NCBI GenBank assembly: GCA_023139045.1
Contig: JAGLOJ010000014.1
Span: forward strand, 22,264-86,263
Direction: 5' to 3'
Length of the DNA stretch: 64,000 nt
DNA from: Candidatus Sabulitectum sp.
GTDB lineage: Bacteria; Fermentibacterota; Fermentibacteria; Fermentibacterales; JCC-6
Numbering within the stretch: the first letter of the stretch is position 1; each line of letters opens with the position of its first letter. This document shows positions 38,396 through 48,138 of the stretch, one piece after another. The position numbers were made by a program, and so were the translations under genes. The notes below the pieces were generated by a model that was given only the letters and a program-made list of their open reading frames with translations, searched no databases and was not told the origin of the DNA.

Positions 38396-39574
38396 CTATT
38401 CCACCGAGGTTATTGTTTTGAGAAATACAGCCACTTTCGAAGCCGGTTCCCATGCCTCACCGAGAGTGGCAGTAAGAACACCAAGAACTATTACAATCAT
38501 GAAGAAAAGCTTCGCAATGTCCTGACCGCGTAGACTGCCCAGCAGTTTTGGCTCCCTGGAAAGGTAAGCGCTTGCGGCAAAGAGTTCCTCACCGATCAGC
38601 GTGTAATCGCAGGCAGCAATGAAAAATGGGATCTGGCTGGGCATGGCAGTTCCTGCGATCTGAATAGCACCAACGCTTCTTCCTGTCTCTGCAAGAATCA
38701 GACTCTCGGCATAAAATGTACCCAGCATGAAAATTGCAGCAGGCTTCTCTCTTACCATAATACCATCTACACCTGCAGCATATCCGAACTGATCATCTGT
38801 GATGTAGTTAATGCTTTCCCTTTTGTATGCATCAGGTCTTCCCACCTGCAGGTATGACTCTTTCACGATCTCCTGTGCAACACTCATAACCACCGAACGG
38901 CATGTTGGAACAAGAAGTGATGAACCGTACTCGGCGGTTTTAATCGCAACACGGCCGAGAATAACCATACTGGCTATTGTCTGGATGTTATCCATGTCCA
39001 TAATTCCCGGTATGTAAAGAACAGGACGCCCCATCTCGGTTGCCCTTCCAACAGCGTCTTCAACCGCTGTCAGACCGGCAATTCTACGAATGTAAAGCTC
39101 TTTGCCCCGTTTCCCCTGATCGATGTAGTAGAAGATTACAAGACTGATTACAACAAGAGTAATCAGCATTCCAATTCTTCCGGAATGAATCCACTGAGTT
39201 GAAGAACTTGCGGATACCTCGATACTGGGATCTTGAGCTGTACCGGCGTAGAAAGGGACAATACGGTAGGAGTATTCCATACCATTTTCAAGCTCGTTGT
39301 CGGTCTTGCGACCGTTAATTGGATTCAGGGTTGAAATTGCCGCCCAAATACCTGAATCATCTTTCCTTTCAAGAACCATTGAATCCGGCAAAGCAGTATC
39401 CAATGCCACCGTCCAGGTAATATCCACCCCCCCTCCGGCATCATTGGGAGCATCCTCTGCTGTAAGCGACTCTATAAAACAGTCGCCGCCATCCATAGAG
39501 GTAATACCACCACTCTGTGCGAACAGTACCCCTGTCAAAGCCAGAAGAGGAAGTACGAACAGCGCTCTTTTCAT
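38396..39574 (-). CDS. DUF6754-like protein with exported N-terminal FN3-like domain
   Basis: Signal peptide, DAPNDAGGGVDITW...YSYRI (FN3-like), a TM, then IRRIAGLTAVEDAVGRATEMGRP...AESLILAETG...Q.PFFIAACDYTLIGEELFAASAYLS, and a C-terminal TM. Confidence 0.8.
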   Translation of the reverse strand: MKRALFVLPLLALTGVLFAQSGGITSMDGGDCFIESLTAEDAPNDAGGGVDITWTVALDTALPDSMVLERKDDSGIWAAISTLNPINGRKTDNELENGMEYSYRIVPFYAGTAQDPSIEVSASSSTQWIHSGRIGMLITLVVISLVIFYYIDQGKRGKELYIRRIAGLTAVEDAVGRATEMGRPVLYIPGIMDMDNIQTIASMVILGRVAIKTAEYGSSLLVPTCRSVVMSVAQEIVKESYLQVGRPDAYKRESINYITDDQFGYAAGVDGIMVREKPAAIFMLGTFYAESLILAETGRSVGAIQIAGTAMPSQIPFFIAACDYTLIGEELFAASAYLSREPKLLGSLRGQDIAKLFFMIVIVLGVLTATLGEAWEPASKVAVFLKTITSVE

Positions 39575-39680
39575 ACTGTTGAACCCCTTTCGTTAGAATG
39601 TAATCGTACAAAACACAGTCTGACGATAATAACCCCACACGACCATCTCTGCAACAATGCAAGATAGTCGGAGTCATTCT

Positions 39681-40427
39681 CTACAAAAGATCACGCAGTT
39701 CACTCACTGTTGCCACAGGCAGAGCACAGGTACCATTTCTACACACCCGGGCTGAAACAGCTGAAGCAACCGATCCGCTGAAAGCAGATTCTATTCCCGA
39801 AGCCTGTTCCAGGTACGAAGAATCCCCTGTAAGCTTCCATAGACTGATCAGATTTGTCAGCTCCAGTGAATTCCCTGAAGGCACTGCGCCGTCGTAAGAT
39901 TCTTTCAGTCTTGCAATCTGCAGATCTGCATAATCAGCTGTAAAGAAATATCCTCCGTCAGACTGGTCTGCGAAATGCATATCCAGCTCTCTCTGAAGAT
40001 CAATGGCAAACTGAAGATACTCCCGGTTCAGCGTGGCATTGTACATCCCAAGACTGCCCCGGATGAGGAAGGCGCAGTCATCAAGAAATGCGTCAAAACA
40101 TCTTCTGCCTCCTGCAAAACTGTGGGTAAGCCTCTGATTATCTGCAACCATGTTTTCAGTGATAAATTCAAAAGCTCTTTCAGCAGAATGAAGGTATTGA
40201 GGGTCATCAAGAAGCAGTGATGCTTTTCCCAGAGCTGCAATCATCAATCCGTTCCAGTCTGTAAGAATCTTCTCGTCTCCGGCTGGTCGGCCCCTTGTCT
40301 CCCCGACTGCGGGAAAGTAACTCTCTGATCTCTTCCAGCTCACTCCGGTCAGAATCTGAAATCGCTCTGCTGCCCGATTGATGAAGGATATGGCTCGGAT
40401 CTGCTGCATTCCAGTGTGCCTCTGCAA
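39681..40427 (-). pseudogene. YyaL/SSP411 (thioredoxin-DUF255 + alpha/alpha barrel) remnant, C-terminal part only
   Basis: DEKILTDWNGLMIAAL, AFLDDCAFLI, GGYF, YDGAVPSGNS and VCRNGTCALPV motifs. Lacks the N-terminal thioredoxin half and appears internally shortened before the final CxxxxC. The 5' boundary is uncertain. Confidence 0.7.
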
Positions 40428-40733
40428 GGTTCAGCTCCTCTATTGAAAGAACCGCAGACATCTCGCCAATTGTTCATGTATAAAACGCCCCCTCGCCCCC
40501 CTGACTGTCAGCATCTTCCGAAGAATAGAATCCTCCGCGAGGTGAGGTTCATGTCACGAAGAACATATTCCAGAATCTCTGACGCAGTACCGGCAAAAAA
40601 CTGTCACCTGTGGCCTGTTTCAGAAGAGAGTTTCCCGGGAAATGCATAAGCAGGTGGACAAGGCATCTGGAATATCTGTATGTTGAAGCAGGGTCAGGCT
40701 ACTTTTTATTTTTACCAACACAGGTGGTGAAAC

Positions 40734-40751
40734 ATGAACATTCTTTCTTGA
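40734..40751 (+). promoter_or_regulatory. Candidate leader peptide uORF (MNILS*) upstream of the ABC-F gene
   Basis: AGGTGGTG SD-like sequence, then ATG AAC ATT CTT TCT TGA, ending 38 nt before the ABC-F ATG. Confidence 0.4.
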
Positions 40752-40789
40752 AACAACGGCATCAAAGCAGTTTTTCAGAAAGGATTCTC

Positions 40790-42283
40790 ATGCACCAAAC
40801 ATTTTTACGCTTCAGTAATGTCTCATACACATACCCCGGCTCTACAAATCATGCGGTTACTGCCGTCTCTCTGAATCTTGATTCAGGCTGGACAGCCTTT
40901 GCAGGCGCAAATGGCTGCGGCAAAACTACAGTTCTCAAACTGGGCACGGGGCTTCTTTCTCCGGATACCGGTTCAATCATTTCCTCGGGAATCTCTGTGT
41001 ACTGTGCTCAGAGAACTGATCACCCGCCGGGCAACCTGAATGAATTTCTCTTTGACTGGTCGAAGGATTCCATCAAACTCAGAGATATTCTTCAGATTGA
41101 GGATGACTGGGCAGTCAGATGGAACACTCTTTCTCATGGAGAGCGAAAACGCCTTCAAATCGCAGTTGCAATATGGACTCGTCCGTCTGTACTGGCCCTG
41201 GATGAGCCTTTCAACCATCTTGATGTTCATGGAAGAACTCTTCTGATAAAGTCCATGAAAGAATACAGAGGGTGCGGTCTTCTTGTAAGTCACGACAGAC
41301 GCGCCATGGATGAACTCTGTTCCTCCTGTGTCCTCTTCTTCCCTGAAGAAGTGCAGATATACAGAACAGGTTACACCTCAGCTGTAAAAGCAGACAATCA
41401 GAAGCGGGAACTTCTTGTGAAGCACCGAAGGGAAGCGGAAGAGAAATACATTCGTCTCAAGCATGATGCAAGAAAGAAAATGATCAATGCCAGAACAATT
41501 CAGGCTCGCATAGCAGGCCACAATTTCACTTTCAAAGATATATGCAAGTACAACTACGATGGAGAATCACAATATCACAGCATTGTGCAGAAGGCAGGTC
41601 AGATAAGCCGCACTGCTACCGCACGGGCAGCCCGGGCCAGAGATCACATGGAATCCATTACTTACAGAAAAGTTCACAACTCCGGAATTGTACTGGCAGG
41701 AGAAGGATCAACCAGAAACTACCTTCTGGATATCCAACCCGGGGAAATTAAAATGGGAAGTAGAGCAATCAGGTATCCTGGCCTTCTGATCCGGTCGGAA
41801 AGCAGAATAGCACTTGCAGGCAGAAACGGATCGGGAAAAACCACACTGCTGAATCATATCAGAGCAGAGCTGAACTGCCCGGAAGACAAACTGATCTGGA
41901 TTCCCCAGGAGATCACCGCAGAGGAGTCCACTCTGTGCCTCTCTGACGCAAAAAAACTCTCCAGTGAAGAGCTTGGGCAGGTCATGATCATAGTAAGAAG
42001 GCTGGGAAGCGATCCTGAAAGGGTTCTCAATTCCGCCGTTCCAAGTCCAGGCGAATCCAGAAAACTGCTGCTGGCACTTGGTCTCGCCAAAGCGCCCTGG
42101 CTTGTTGTTATGGACGAACCCACGAACCACATGGATCTACCCTCGGTAGAGTGTCTGGAAAAGGCTCTTAACGACTACACCGGTGCTCTCCTGCTGATCA
42201 GCCACGATAGAGAATTCCTTAGCAGCACAACCTCGAGTCAGTGGGAGATCAGAGATGGAGAGTTATTCGTTACCTGCTGCTGA
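40790..42283 (+). CDS. ABC-F family ATPase (two NBDs, no TM domain), possible ribosome-protection type
   Basis: GANGCGKTT/LSHGE/LDEPFNHLD/SHDR and GRNGSGKTT/PSPGE/MDEPTNHMD/SHDR, with a basic helical linker. AAAGGA RBS precedes the ATG at 40790. Confidence 0.88.
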   Translation: MHQTFLRFSNVSYTYPGSTNHAVTAVSLNLDSGWTAFAGANGCGKTTVLKLGTGLLSPDTGSIISSGISVYCAQRTDHPPGNLNEFLFDWSKDSIKLRDILQIEDDWAVRWNTLSHGERKRLQIAVAIWTRPSVLALDEPFNHLDVHGRTLLIKSMKEYRGCGLLVSHDRRAMDELCSSCVLFFPEEVQIYRTGYTSAVKADNQKRELLVKHRREAEEKYIRLKHDARKKMINARTIQARIAGHNFTFKDICKYNYDGESQYHSIVQKAGQISRTATARAARARDHMESITYRKVHNSGIVLAGEGSTRNYLLDIQPGEIKMGSRAIRYPGLLIRSESRIALAGRNGSGKTTLLNHIRAELNCPEDKLIWIPQEITAEESTLCLSDAKKLSSEELGQVMIIVRRLGSDPERVLNSAVPSPGESRKLLLALGLAKAPWLVVMDEPTNHMDLPSVECLEKALNDYTGALLLISHDREFLSSTTSSQWEIRDGELFVTCC

Positions 42284-42285
42284 TT

Positions 42286-43356
42286 TCACAGCATACAGGA
42301 AATGCCCAGGTTTATTATTGTGTATGAGTCGTCTACATGGTCAGACTGCTCATCGGGAAAAGCTGTGTCTTCTCTGGATCTGAACCTGTTCAAAACTCCT
42401 CCACCTGCGGTGAAACGGCCCACTCGTCCGGAGAAACCCATGCCAAAGCCAAAACCAGCTCTGTTTGCAACCCGGTTGTCGTCAAAGCTTACTGAGACAA
42501 GAGCTTCCAGGCTTTTTGTAAGAGGCATACTTAAAAAAAGTTTTCCCAGAAAAAGATTTTTGTCAAATGGAGAGGTGATTTCTGCTTCAAACCCCAGGGT
42601 TGTCTTTTTGAGATGTTCAGCATAGGCGCTTCCACCAAAAGCCAGAATGTCTTCCATGTACTCGGTTTCCGAAGAGTAGGAAACACCTGATTTAAAAAGG
42701 TCTCCGGTTAATGCCAATCCAGTATGCCACGCGAATTCGCTGCTGTTTTTAGACCAGGTGTATAACGAATCAGGGATAAGGAAATGAAAACTGTTGAAAT
42801 TGTACTGGTATTCTGCCGCAGCCCGGCGAACACCACCCGAAAAACCTGCGGACAGAGGACCGGCAATTACCATGGACACACTGCCCATAGCCTCTATCTG
42901 GGAACCACTGGATTCGAGAAGTGCAATACCAATTTCCGGATCATCAGGATCATCGTAGATAAGAGTCATCCCGTCATAACCGAATTCTGCTACTTTGACT
43001 ATTCCTGCACCTAATGTAATGCCTCCCGCGGGATAAACCACAGCAGCCAGCCCGTTGCTGTTCGTCATCAGCGTTCTTAAAGTTTTATCTAAATCTGATT
43101 CAATCACTCGCTCTGCCCATGATATGGATGAACCTGAAAGCTGAATGGAAAAGGGGTGTACTGCGACCTGAGCAGGATTTGTGAATATGCTTGCCGGTTC
43201 TGATACTCCGACAGCACGCACAGTTCCCAATGCCACTGTATAGGGGGAGAATCCACCGAGAACGGTTCCATTTGTTATCGCGTCATAGTACCCGAATCCG
43301 AAGGCATGAGTACTCAAAATGGACAGAATTACGACGAAACGAGTGAAGACTCTCAT
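42286..43356 (-). CDS. Putative FadL/PorV-like outer-membrane beta-barrel, paralog of 33177-34244
   Basis: AFGFGYYD after the signal peptide, ASIFTNPAQ, GAGI..VAEF and similar length (356 vs 355 aa). Confidence 0.65.
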   Translation of the reverse strand: MRVFTRFVVILSILSTHAFGFGYYDAITNGTVLGGFSPYTVALGTVRAVGVSEPASIFTNPAQVAVHPFSIQLSGSSISWAERVIESDLDKTLRTLMTNSNGLAAVVYPAGGITLGAGIVKVAEFGYDGMTLIYDDPDDPEIGIALLESSGSQIEAMGSVSMVIAGPLSAGFSGGVRRAAAEYQYNFNSFHFLIPDSLYTWSKNSSEFAWHTGLALTGDLFKSGVSYSSETEYMEDILAFGGSAYAEHLKKTTLGFEAEITSPFDKNLFLGKLFLSMPLTKSLEALVSVSFDDNRVANRAGFGFGMGFSGRVGRFTAGGGVLNRFRSREDTAFPDEQSDHVDDSYTIINLGISCML

Positions 43357-43807
43357 TCTTCCTCCAGATGTGTGATTTTTTTGATAACCAGACCCAATAT
43401 TATCATTGAACTATCACAATTTAGCTGTACTCAGTCAATAGCGTCCCAGCCCGCTCCGCAGCCCCACATCTAAAAGTAACTTAAGTTACTTGGAAGACCT
43501 TATCGAGTGAACAGAGCCTGCGGTACACCCGGAATATCATCCTGAACAGCCCTGAATATTGTACCCGGTCGTTTGACAAATCTTGTTCACCGTTCGAATC
43601 TGATCGCAGGCTACCTGCCCCTGCTTTCCCTGAAAGTCGCGAGATATGCGATGCGACCTGGGTACAATCTACGATACACGAGTGCGCCCCGGGGGTCAGC
43701 ATGGCAGGCAATAAGTGTTGTATTTTTGAGATAGGAAATGACAAGAAAGACACAGAGTGTCCGCAGTGCATATATTTCTTTCAGACAATTCCACAGACGG
43801 GACCGGT

Positions 43808-44638
43808 ATGAAGAAGGAAATGAAAATCAGGGAAGCTGCTGCCGATGATCTTGGCGACCTTGCAGAAATATCAAGAACCACCTGGGAAGGCCATGATTAC
43901 CTGGAGCAGGTGTCTGAAGGATGGCTCGAACAACAGGGATTTTTTATTGGAGAAATCGCCGGCAGAGTTATTGCCTGTGGAAAAATATCAGCAATGCCCG
44001 GTAATGTGGCATGGCTGGAGGGTCTCAGGGTACACAATGACTTCAAGGGAAAAGGGTATGGAAGAATCCTCGCGGATGAGATCCTCCAGATTGCCCGGAA
44101 AAAGGTGGAGGCTGGTCATTTTAACTCCATTGAATTCTCCACATACGTCAAAAATGCTGAGAGTATCTGCATGGCAGAGAAACAGGGGTTCAGGGCTGTA
44201 GAGCTTTTTCATGTGATAAGCATGGAAAACCCGCCAGTTCAGAATACTCTTCCCCTTAAAAAGTTTTCTCCTTCAACCGAAGATTTCTCGGTCTATCCGG
44301 AACACGCCCCCTGCGGATGGAAGTACATAAACTATCGCAGCAGTGACTCCATGAAGTGGATGAATAATAACGCCAATTTCTGGCAGGTGGAAACAGGGGC
44401 GAGATTTCTCTCTGCAAATCGGGGTTCTGAAATTTCACCACTTGCCGCCGCAATTGATGATCCGCAAGGATTCATTCAAGGCGTCTTTGCATTTGCAGAA
44501 AAGAAAAGACTGGATTATCTGGAGATAATGATACACGGTACTCACAAAGAGATTCTTACCGCTGCTGTAAATAATGGCTTTTCCTACTGGGAAGAGCAGG
44601 GAGTGGCAAACCTGCCTGTTTACAGACTCTTCGAATAA
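43808..44638 (+). CDS. GNAT family N-acetyltransferase
   Basis: IREA..DD..., TWEGHDYL, AWLEGLRVHNDFKGKGYG (acetyl-CoA motif A) and N..S...AEKQGF. Confidence 0.85.
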   Translation: MKKEMKIREAAADDLGDLAEISRTTWEGHDYLEQVSEGWLEQQGFFIGEIAGRVIACGKISAMPGNVAWLEGLRVHNDFKGKGYGRILADEILQIARKKVEAGHFNSIEFSTYVKNAESICMAEKQGFRAVELFHVISMENPPVQNTLPLKKFSPSTEDFSVYPEHAPCGWKYINYRSSDSMKWMNNNANFWQVETGARFLSANRGSEISPLAAAIDDPQGFIQGVFAFAEKKRLDYLEIMIHGTHKEILTAAVNNGFSYWEEQGVANLPVYRLFE

Positions 44639-44651
44639 CTCTGAGCCACAG

Positions 44652-44691
44652 GAACGAAGGGGGCGTTGCAACGGCGACACCCCCTTCGTTC
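44652..44691. terminator. Bidirectional hairpin between the GNAT gene and the gcv-glmL operon end
   Basis: GAACGAAGGGGG...CCCCCTTCGTTC 12-bp stem, extendable, between the convergent stops at 44638 and 44712. Confidence 0.7.
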
Positions 44692-44711
44692 TTATACGGG
44701 CTTTGGTTCGG

Positions 44712-45839
44712 CTAGCCTTCAATCAGTTCGACATTGGCCCTGGGTACCGTGCACCTCTTGCCGTCATCGAATTCAACCTCGAGAACTCTCACCTTTGCTT
44801 CAGAATCAACCACCTGAAGCTCCGGTGGAAGAGCTGCCACTTTACCGATCATCCCGAAGTAGGGAGAACGGATACAGCGGATAGAGCTTCCGATGTCCAT
44901 TGCACCGGCCTGTTTTGTGCTGGTCTTCTCGCTCATAACATCTGCAGGCAGGGGAACCACGATCTCCGGGCGCATTACGCCGGCACGAATCTGAGTGGCT
45001 CCGTTTACGCTGGCCATCATGCCCTCACGCCTGGCAAGAAGCTCGAATGTACCCTCAGCCATGGCCATTTTTCCGAATCCCTCGGTAAGAATCAGTGTAA
45101 GACCAAACTTCTCGTGACCGGTAATGGCAACACCAAGGTCGAATCCAAGAAGATCCTTAAGATCCTTGTCATCAAAACCGCCAACAACAACAGCATTCAC
45201 TCCAGCGGCAATGGCCTTCTGGAGAACGCCGTAGCTTATGTAGTTTCCCCCGATGATGATCTTGCCTTTGCAGTCGGGTGTGATCCTGTCAGCGGTGATT
45301 TCTTCGTCATGTGTTGAACAGACCATCTTCAGTTCACCGCGAACCTCACCGCCGATTCCAAAAATTCCCTGAACAAAGGTGCAGTGAGTCTGAACAACAA
45401 CACCTTCACCTGGAAGAACCTCGATGACCTTGCCATCAACATATCCGTCAATCTCTACGGGAATAGGGGGCTCTCGAAGAACAGCCTGACCGGTAATCTC
45501 ATTGAAATTTTCAAAAACACCTGCAATGGGGCTTTTTACTGTACTCTTGAAGTACTTGCCAAAAAGCCCTTTGCTCTGAGCCAGGGGCTCGTCGACATTA
45601 ATGGGATCTCCTTCTTTCTTGAGAAGAAGCTCAGGTATATCGGAGGGGGGCACACCAAGCATGTTGGCGATGTTAAACATCTTGATATTTCCAGGAAGCT
45701 CTGTTCTGGCAACAACTGTATCCGACTTGATTATGTCACCCTGTGCAACGAGCACTTCACCCTTCAGGGGAAGTCTGCGTGTTTTTGCGATGTCAGCGAC
45801 ATCGGCAACTCTTAAACCTGGTGTGTATGCAAATGCCAT
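44712..45839 (-). CDS. Conserved hypothetical protein with barrel-sandwich hybrid repeats and C-terminal KOW-like motif (GlmL partner)
   Basis: GEVLVAQGD..K.DTVVA and LLKKEGD.I..DEPLA...KSPIAG hybrid-motif repeats, central GVNAVVVGG/LTEGFG, C-terminal IGSSIRCIRSPYFGMIGKV...VPRANVE. TAATG coupling to the glmL-like gene. Confidence 0.8.
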   Translation of the reverse strand: MAFAYTPGLRVADVADIAKTRRLPLKGEVLVAQGDIIKSDTVVARTELPGNIKMFNIANMLGVPPSDIPELLLKKEGDPINVDEPLAQSKGLFGKYFKSTVKSPIAGVFENFNEITGQAVLREPPIPVEIDGYVDGKVIEVLPGEGVVVQTHCTFVQGIFGIGGEVRGELKMVCSTHDEEITADRITPDCKGKIIIGGNYISYGVLQKAIAAGVNAVVVGGFDDKDLKDLLGFDLGVAITGHEKFGLTLILTEGFGKMAMAEGTFELLARREGMMASVNGATQIRAGVMRPEIVVPLPADVMSEKTSTKQAGAMDIGSSIRCIRSPYFGMIGKVAALPPELQVVDSEAKVRVLEVEFDDGKRCTVPRANVELIEG

Positions 45840-47731
45840 TATTCACCACCTCCCATGGTAAGGAAGCGTTCAGGATAGGAATCCAGCGTCTGTGACCAGG
45901 TCTGAAGCATTCTTACCCGTTCCGCATCTTCCTCGGGAAGATTGAAGGGATGTCGCCCTCGTCCATCCAGAACGATACCGACTACGCCGCCTTCAAGTTC
46001 GCCTTCCCATATCTCGCCTGGACCATTACCAACATCCAGACCCTTGATTGGAGTGATAACCGCTTTGGCCTTTTCGTTAACTCCAAGAGGTATGTGTTTC
46101 ATTTCACCGGGAATTATTTTTTCTTCCACTGTTTTTCCGTCAGGCATTACCATTGTGATCACAGCGAGGTGAGCTGCCTTCTTGAAGGCACCGGAAGGTG
46201 CTACACAGTGCCCGAGTTTAATCAAACAGTCATTGTTGAACACATCAACTGCTGCTTGTGGATGAACCTCACTGAGTACACCAAGATGGGGCATCATGAA
46301 GATGGAATCCACTGCAAGCATAGTGATACCCTCTGGAAGGAAACTGTCTATAAGCATAAGAGCAGTCTGGCTTCTTCTCGGAGCATGGCTGAGCACTCCT
46401 CCGGAACCGATGAGAAGATCAAGATCCATCATGTTAACCAGCGTGGCACCGGTCTGAGTCTGCTCAAAAGCATCGCCGATGGTTCTCTCCTGGGCAACAC
46501 CCTTCAGGCCTGTTGCAAGATCCTTGTGCTGAACAAGTGCCAGACGAAGGGCTTCACGGGCGATAGCCTGCTCGATAATCAGCTCTTCCAGTTCCTGTGG
46601 AATTGTGGTGGGGCGGATCATCTTGTTCCTGATCCTGTTGCGCAGGTCAGCTTCATCAACATGGAATGGAACCCAGCGCATAACATTATCCATACCTGCA
46701 CTGGCAAGTACATTGCTGATCGAGTAGCTCAATCCCAGGTTGGCACTTACCGTACGGTTGAAAACCGGTTCCCCGTTGCTGTCAAACACGCTGAATACAT
46801 CCGTTGTTGCGCCGCCTATATCAACACCCATAACATGGATGTTTTCCATCTTCGCAACCCTTTCAATCAGCTTGCCAACGGCGCCTGGTGTAGGCATAAT
46901 GGGAACATTCTCCCATTTGCCGTTCACAAAACGACCGGTCCACTCCATAAGGTGGGCATAACCCGGAGCCTGAGCCATCACATGCTCCATGAAGAGTTCA
47001 TGGATAAGATCTCTGGCAGGTGTAAGGTTTTCCCGCTCGAGTACCGGGCGGAGGTTGTCAACAATCTTCAGCTCAACAGTATCTCCAAGCTCTTCTTTTA
47101 CGTCGCCTGCAGCATCCTTGTTTCCCGCATAAATAACAGGAAGCTTGAACCCGACACCAAACCTTGGCTTGGGATCTGCCGCTCTGATAATTTCTGCCAG
47201 CTCTACAACATGGTCAATAGTTCCACCGTCGATACCGCCGGAAAGCAGAATCATATCGGGACGAAGCCTCCTGATATCCTCAACTTTTTCGTGGGGAAGT
47301 CTTCTGTCGTTTGAGGCGACAATATCCATCACGATGGCACCGGCACCAAGAGCCGCTCTCTGGGCGCTTTCACCGGTCATGGACTTCACGACACCGGCAA
47401 CCGTCATCTGAAGACCACCACCTGCTGATGAGGTTGAAACGTAAAGATCTACTCCGTCGCCGGAACCTTCCCTTACGTGTACACCACTTCCATCTTCTTT
47501 AAGAAAGCGGCGACCTTCAAGGTCTTCAATCTCTCCAACTGCGTTAAGAACGCCCTTGGTAACATCCTCCGCGGGTGCTTCAACAGTTGTTGGAGCTTCC
47601 CCTCGGCGGGCGAGACGATAGCGACCAGCCTCTTCACTGTACTCTATGAGTATTGATTTTGTGGTAGTACTACCGCAGTCGGTGGCTAAAATAGTCTGTA
47701 TTCTTTCAGCGGCCACTGCTTCTCCCTTCAC
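45839..47731 (-). CDS. GlmL/MutL (glutamate mutase accessory)-like ASKHA-fold ATPase
   Basis: LATDCGSTTTK (phosphate 1), STSSAGGGL, LLSGGIDGG, PTPGAV, VDIGGATTDVFS (phosphate 2) and IGSGGVLSHAP, with an extended C-terminal domain. No glmS/glmE nearby. Confidence 0.85.
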   Translation of the reverse strand: MKGEAVAAERIQTILATDCGSTTTKSILIEYSEEAGRYRLARRGEAPTTVEAPAEDVTKGVLNAVGEIEDLEGRRFLKEDGSGVHVREGSGDGVDLYVSTSSAGGGLQMTVAGVVKSMTGESAQRAALGAGAIVMDIVASNDRRLPHEKVEDIRRLRPDMILLSGGIDGGTIDHVVELAEIIRAADPKPRFGVGFKLPVIYAGNKDAAGDVKEELGDTVELKIVDNLRPVLERENLTPARDLIHELFMEHVMAQAPGYAHLMEWTGRFVNGKWENVPIMPTPGAVGKLIERVAKMENIHVMGVDIGGATTDVFSVFDSNGEPVFNRTVSANLGLSYSISNVLASAGMDNVMRWVPFHVDEADLRNRIRNKMIRPTTIPQELEELIIEQAIAREALRLALVQHKDLATGLKGVAQERTIGDAFEQTQTGATLVNMMDLDLLIGSGGVLSHAPRRSQTALMLIDSFLPEGITMLAVDSIFMMPHLGVLSEVHPQAAVDVFNNDCLIKLGHCVAPSGAFKKAAHLAVITMVMPDGKTVEEKIIPGEMKHIPLGVNEKAKAVITPIKGLDVGNGPGEIWEGELEGGVVGIVLDGRGRHPFNLPEEDAERVRMLQTWSQTLDSYPERFLTMGGGE

Positions 47732-48138
47732 TTGTTTGTATCCGGTTGATCCTTGCTTCTGCGGAATAACCTCTTGAAAAAGCTTTTGCGGTTCTTTCGC
47801 CCGTTCTGCTTTTCCTTCCGCCTGAGTTCGGAAACCAGTGCATTTTCTTCCTCTATTGCTACTGTAAGTTTCTCTACATTTTCCCGATCTTCTATCATTC
47901 GAACAAACCTGTAATAATCACCTGATTGAACAAGAAGAGAAACTACAGGATTTGCAAACACGAGCATCTGACTGCCCAGGAAAGAGACCGGTTTAATGGA
48001 CTCAAGAAAAATAATTGCAGGTACGGTCAGATCCCTCTCGACAATCTTGCGGGCTATTTTCTTCACAAGGTCATCAATTTCTTCAGGGGTGTCCGAATTG
48101 TAATCCTCAGGGTTCAATCCTGGCCCGAATAAACTCAA
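47728..48138 (-). CDS. Conserved hypothetical protein
   Basis: KIARKIVERDLTVPAIIFLESIKPVSFLGSQ...P...EDRENVEKL. Overlaps both neighbours within the gcv operon. Confidence 0.75.
   Translation of the reverse strand: MSLFGPGLNPEDYNSDTPEEIDDLVKKIARKIVERDLTVPAIIFLESIKPVSFLGSQMLVFANPVVSLLVQSGDYYRFVRMIEDRENVEKLTVAIEEENALVSELRRKEKQNGRKNRKSFFKRLFRRSKDQPDTNK

Noticed and set aside
45950-47314. 454-aa plus-strand ORF antisense to the glmL-like gene, and similar long antisense ORFs elsewhere
   Set aside because: No recognisable motifs or RBS, and it fully overlaps a well-supported gene. This is a typical codon-bias shadow frame.
45839-47731. Calling this a glutamate/methylaspartate mutase operon or DNA-repair MutL
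   Set aside because: No B12-binding S subunit or E subunit is in the window, and the motifs are ASKHA-type, not the GHKL motifs of mismatch-repair MutL.
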